A DNA stretch of 63,532 nt, the filler included, from Octopus bimaculoides (lineage: Eukaryota): NCBI RefSeq assembly GCF_001194135.2. It is 10 parts of 9 records of this genome, joined end to end, with 100 filler letters (N's around TTAATTAATTAA, not from the genome) between each part and the next. Parts side by side here need not be neighbours in the genome. Positions count along the whole stretch, not along the records: positions 61,160 to 63,532 come from NC_069010.1; 9 more parts are not named here. One strand, given 5' to 3'. This document shows positions 61,985 through 63,532 of the stretch, piece by piece. A program made the position numbers and the translations under genes. Numbering within the stretch: the first letter of the stretch is position 1; every line of letters starts with the position of its first letter. A model generated the notes under the pieces. It searched no databases and had not been told where the DNA came from. It saw only the letters and a program-made list of their open reading frames with translations.

Positions 61985-63532
61985 CTGAAATGATAAGAGA
62001 AAGTAAAAGAGAGAGAGATAAGAACTTGCTGGCAACCTTCAACACAGATTTTAACATTAATCTTTTTACTCTTTTACTTGTTTCAGTCATTTGACTGCAG
62101 CCATGCTGGAGCACCGCCTTTAGTCAAACAAATCAACCGCAGGACTTATTCTTTGTAAGCCTAGTACTTATTCTATCGGTCTCTCTTTTGCCAGCATCGG
62201 TTGTCAAGGGAAGTTGGGGTGACAAACACATACATATATATATATATATANNNNNNNNNNNNNNNNNNNNNNNNNNNNNNNNNNNNNNNNNNNNNNNNNN
62301 NNNNNNNNNNNNNNNNNNNNNNNNNNNNNNNNNNNNNNNNNNNNNNNNNNNNNNNNNNNNNNNNNNNNNNNNNNNNNNNNNNNNNNNNNNNNNNNNNNNN
62401 NNNNNNNNNNNNNNNNNNNNNNNNNNNNNNNNNNNNNNNNNNNNNNNNNNNNNNNNNNNNNNNNNNNNNNNNNNNNNAGAGTAACAGTCTTTTGTTATAT
62501 TTCTGCTGCTTTTAAATAAAGCATATTACTTTACCTCTGGTATTTGAGTACTCTTTTTTCCACCTTGTTGCACATTTTATGTGTTTACTCCGGTATATAT
62601 ATATATATATATACATATATATTTATATACATATATATGACGGGCTTCTTTCAGTTTCCGTCTACCAAATCCACTCACAAGGCTTTGGTCGGCCCGAGGC
62701 TACAGTAGAAGACACTTGCCCAAGGTGCCACGCAGTGGGACTGAACCCGGAACCATGTGGCTGGTAAGCAAGCTTCTTACCACACAGCCACTCCTGGTGC
62801 TTACTTCCTGGTTATGTCAAATTTATCGCACCATATTTCAGATATACACATACATACACATACTGATCAGCAGCAGTATTTAGCATCTGCTTTCCATGCT
62901 GGCATGGGTTGGATGGTTTCACAGAAACTGGTAAGCTCCACCACACTCCAGTCTGATTTGGTACGGTTTCTACAGCTGGATGCTCTTCCTAATGCCAACC
63001 ACTCCAAGAGTCTACTGGATGCTTTCTTACCTGACGCCGGCATCAGCCACAGCTATGCTTTCACTCGTCTTCTCAAGCAGGGCGTATTGCCAAAGGTCTT
63101 GGTTACTTTATCAAAGCCTCCGTGAGGCCCCACGTTTGAAGGGTGTTCTTTATGTGCCACCAGCATGGGTGCCTGTTATGTGACACCGGCCTTCGGCCAC
63201 AACTATGGCTTCACTTGGCTTGATGGGTTTCCTCAGGCACAGCATAGCGACAGAGGTCTCTCAGTTATCAAACTGACCTCGATGTCTGCTTCCAAACTGC
63301 TCACCCAATCACATACGTACTTGAAATCTTTGGCAACATTCAATTTGGAACTACACAAAGCAAACAGTTCAGTATCACTTTGTTGGTTGAAAGACATCAT
63401 CATCATCATCGTCGTTGTTTAACGTCCACTTTCCATGCTAGCATGGGTTGGACGATTTGACTGAGGACTGGTGAAACCAGATGGCTACACCAGGCTCCAA
63501 TCTGATTTGGCAGAGTTTCTACAGCTGGATGC

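Overview
AT-rich, microsatellite- and SINE-dense eukaryotic genomic DNA with many N gaps. The repeat families and composition suggest an octopus (coleoid cephalopod) draft scaffold; this is inference. Only four exons are confidently coding, all on the minus strand. Three consecutive exons of an ARMC2-like armadillo-repeat gene lie at the left end (5715-5662, 4004-3859, 686-587; splice phases join into one open frame). One NF-YB histone-fold exon lies at the right end (61984-61917) and is followed by a textbook U12 minor-spliceosome donor (GTATCCTTT). I found neither the upstream ARMC2 exons nor the downstream NF-YB exons in the ~52 kb between them. That middle block also keeps its CpGs while the ends are CpG-decayed, which points to a scaffold join or exons lost in gaps. 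The middle is a transposon graveyard: Penelope, RTE and R4/Dong LINE relics, mariner and DD37D Tc1/mariner relics, a Merlin-like MITE, hAT MITEs, Helitron-like ends, several tRNA-derived SINE families and several foldback hairpins. The most interesting signals are a minimal dimer-type hammerhead ribozyme motif in a Penelope-like inverted repeat, the U12 intron, a 70-nt pre-miRNA-sized hairpin, and SINEs that share a head but have swapped tails. Nearly all ORFs in the supplied track are microsatellite or gap artefacts. All homology calls are from recognition by eye, not from database searches.
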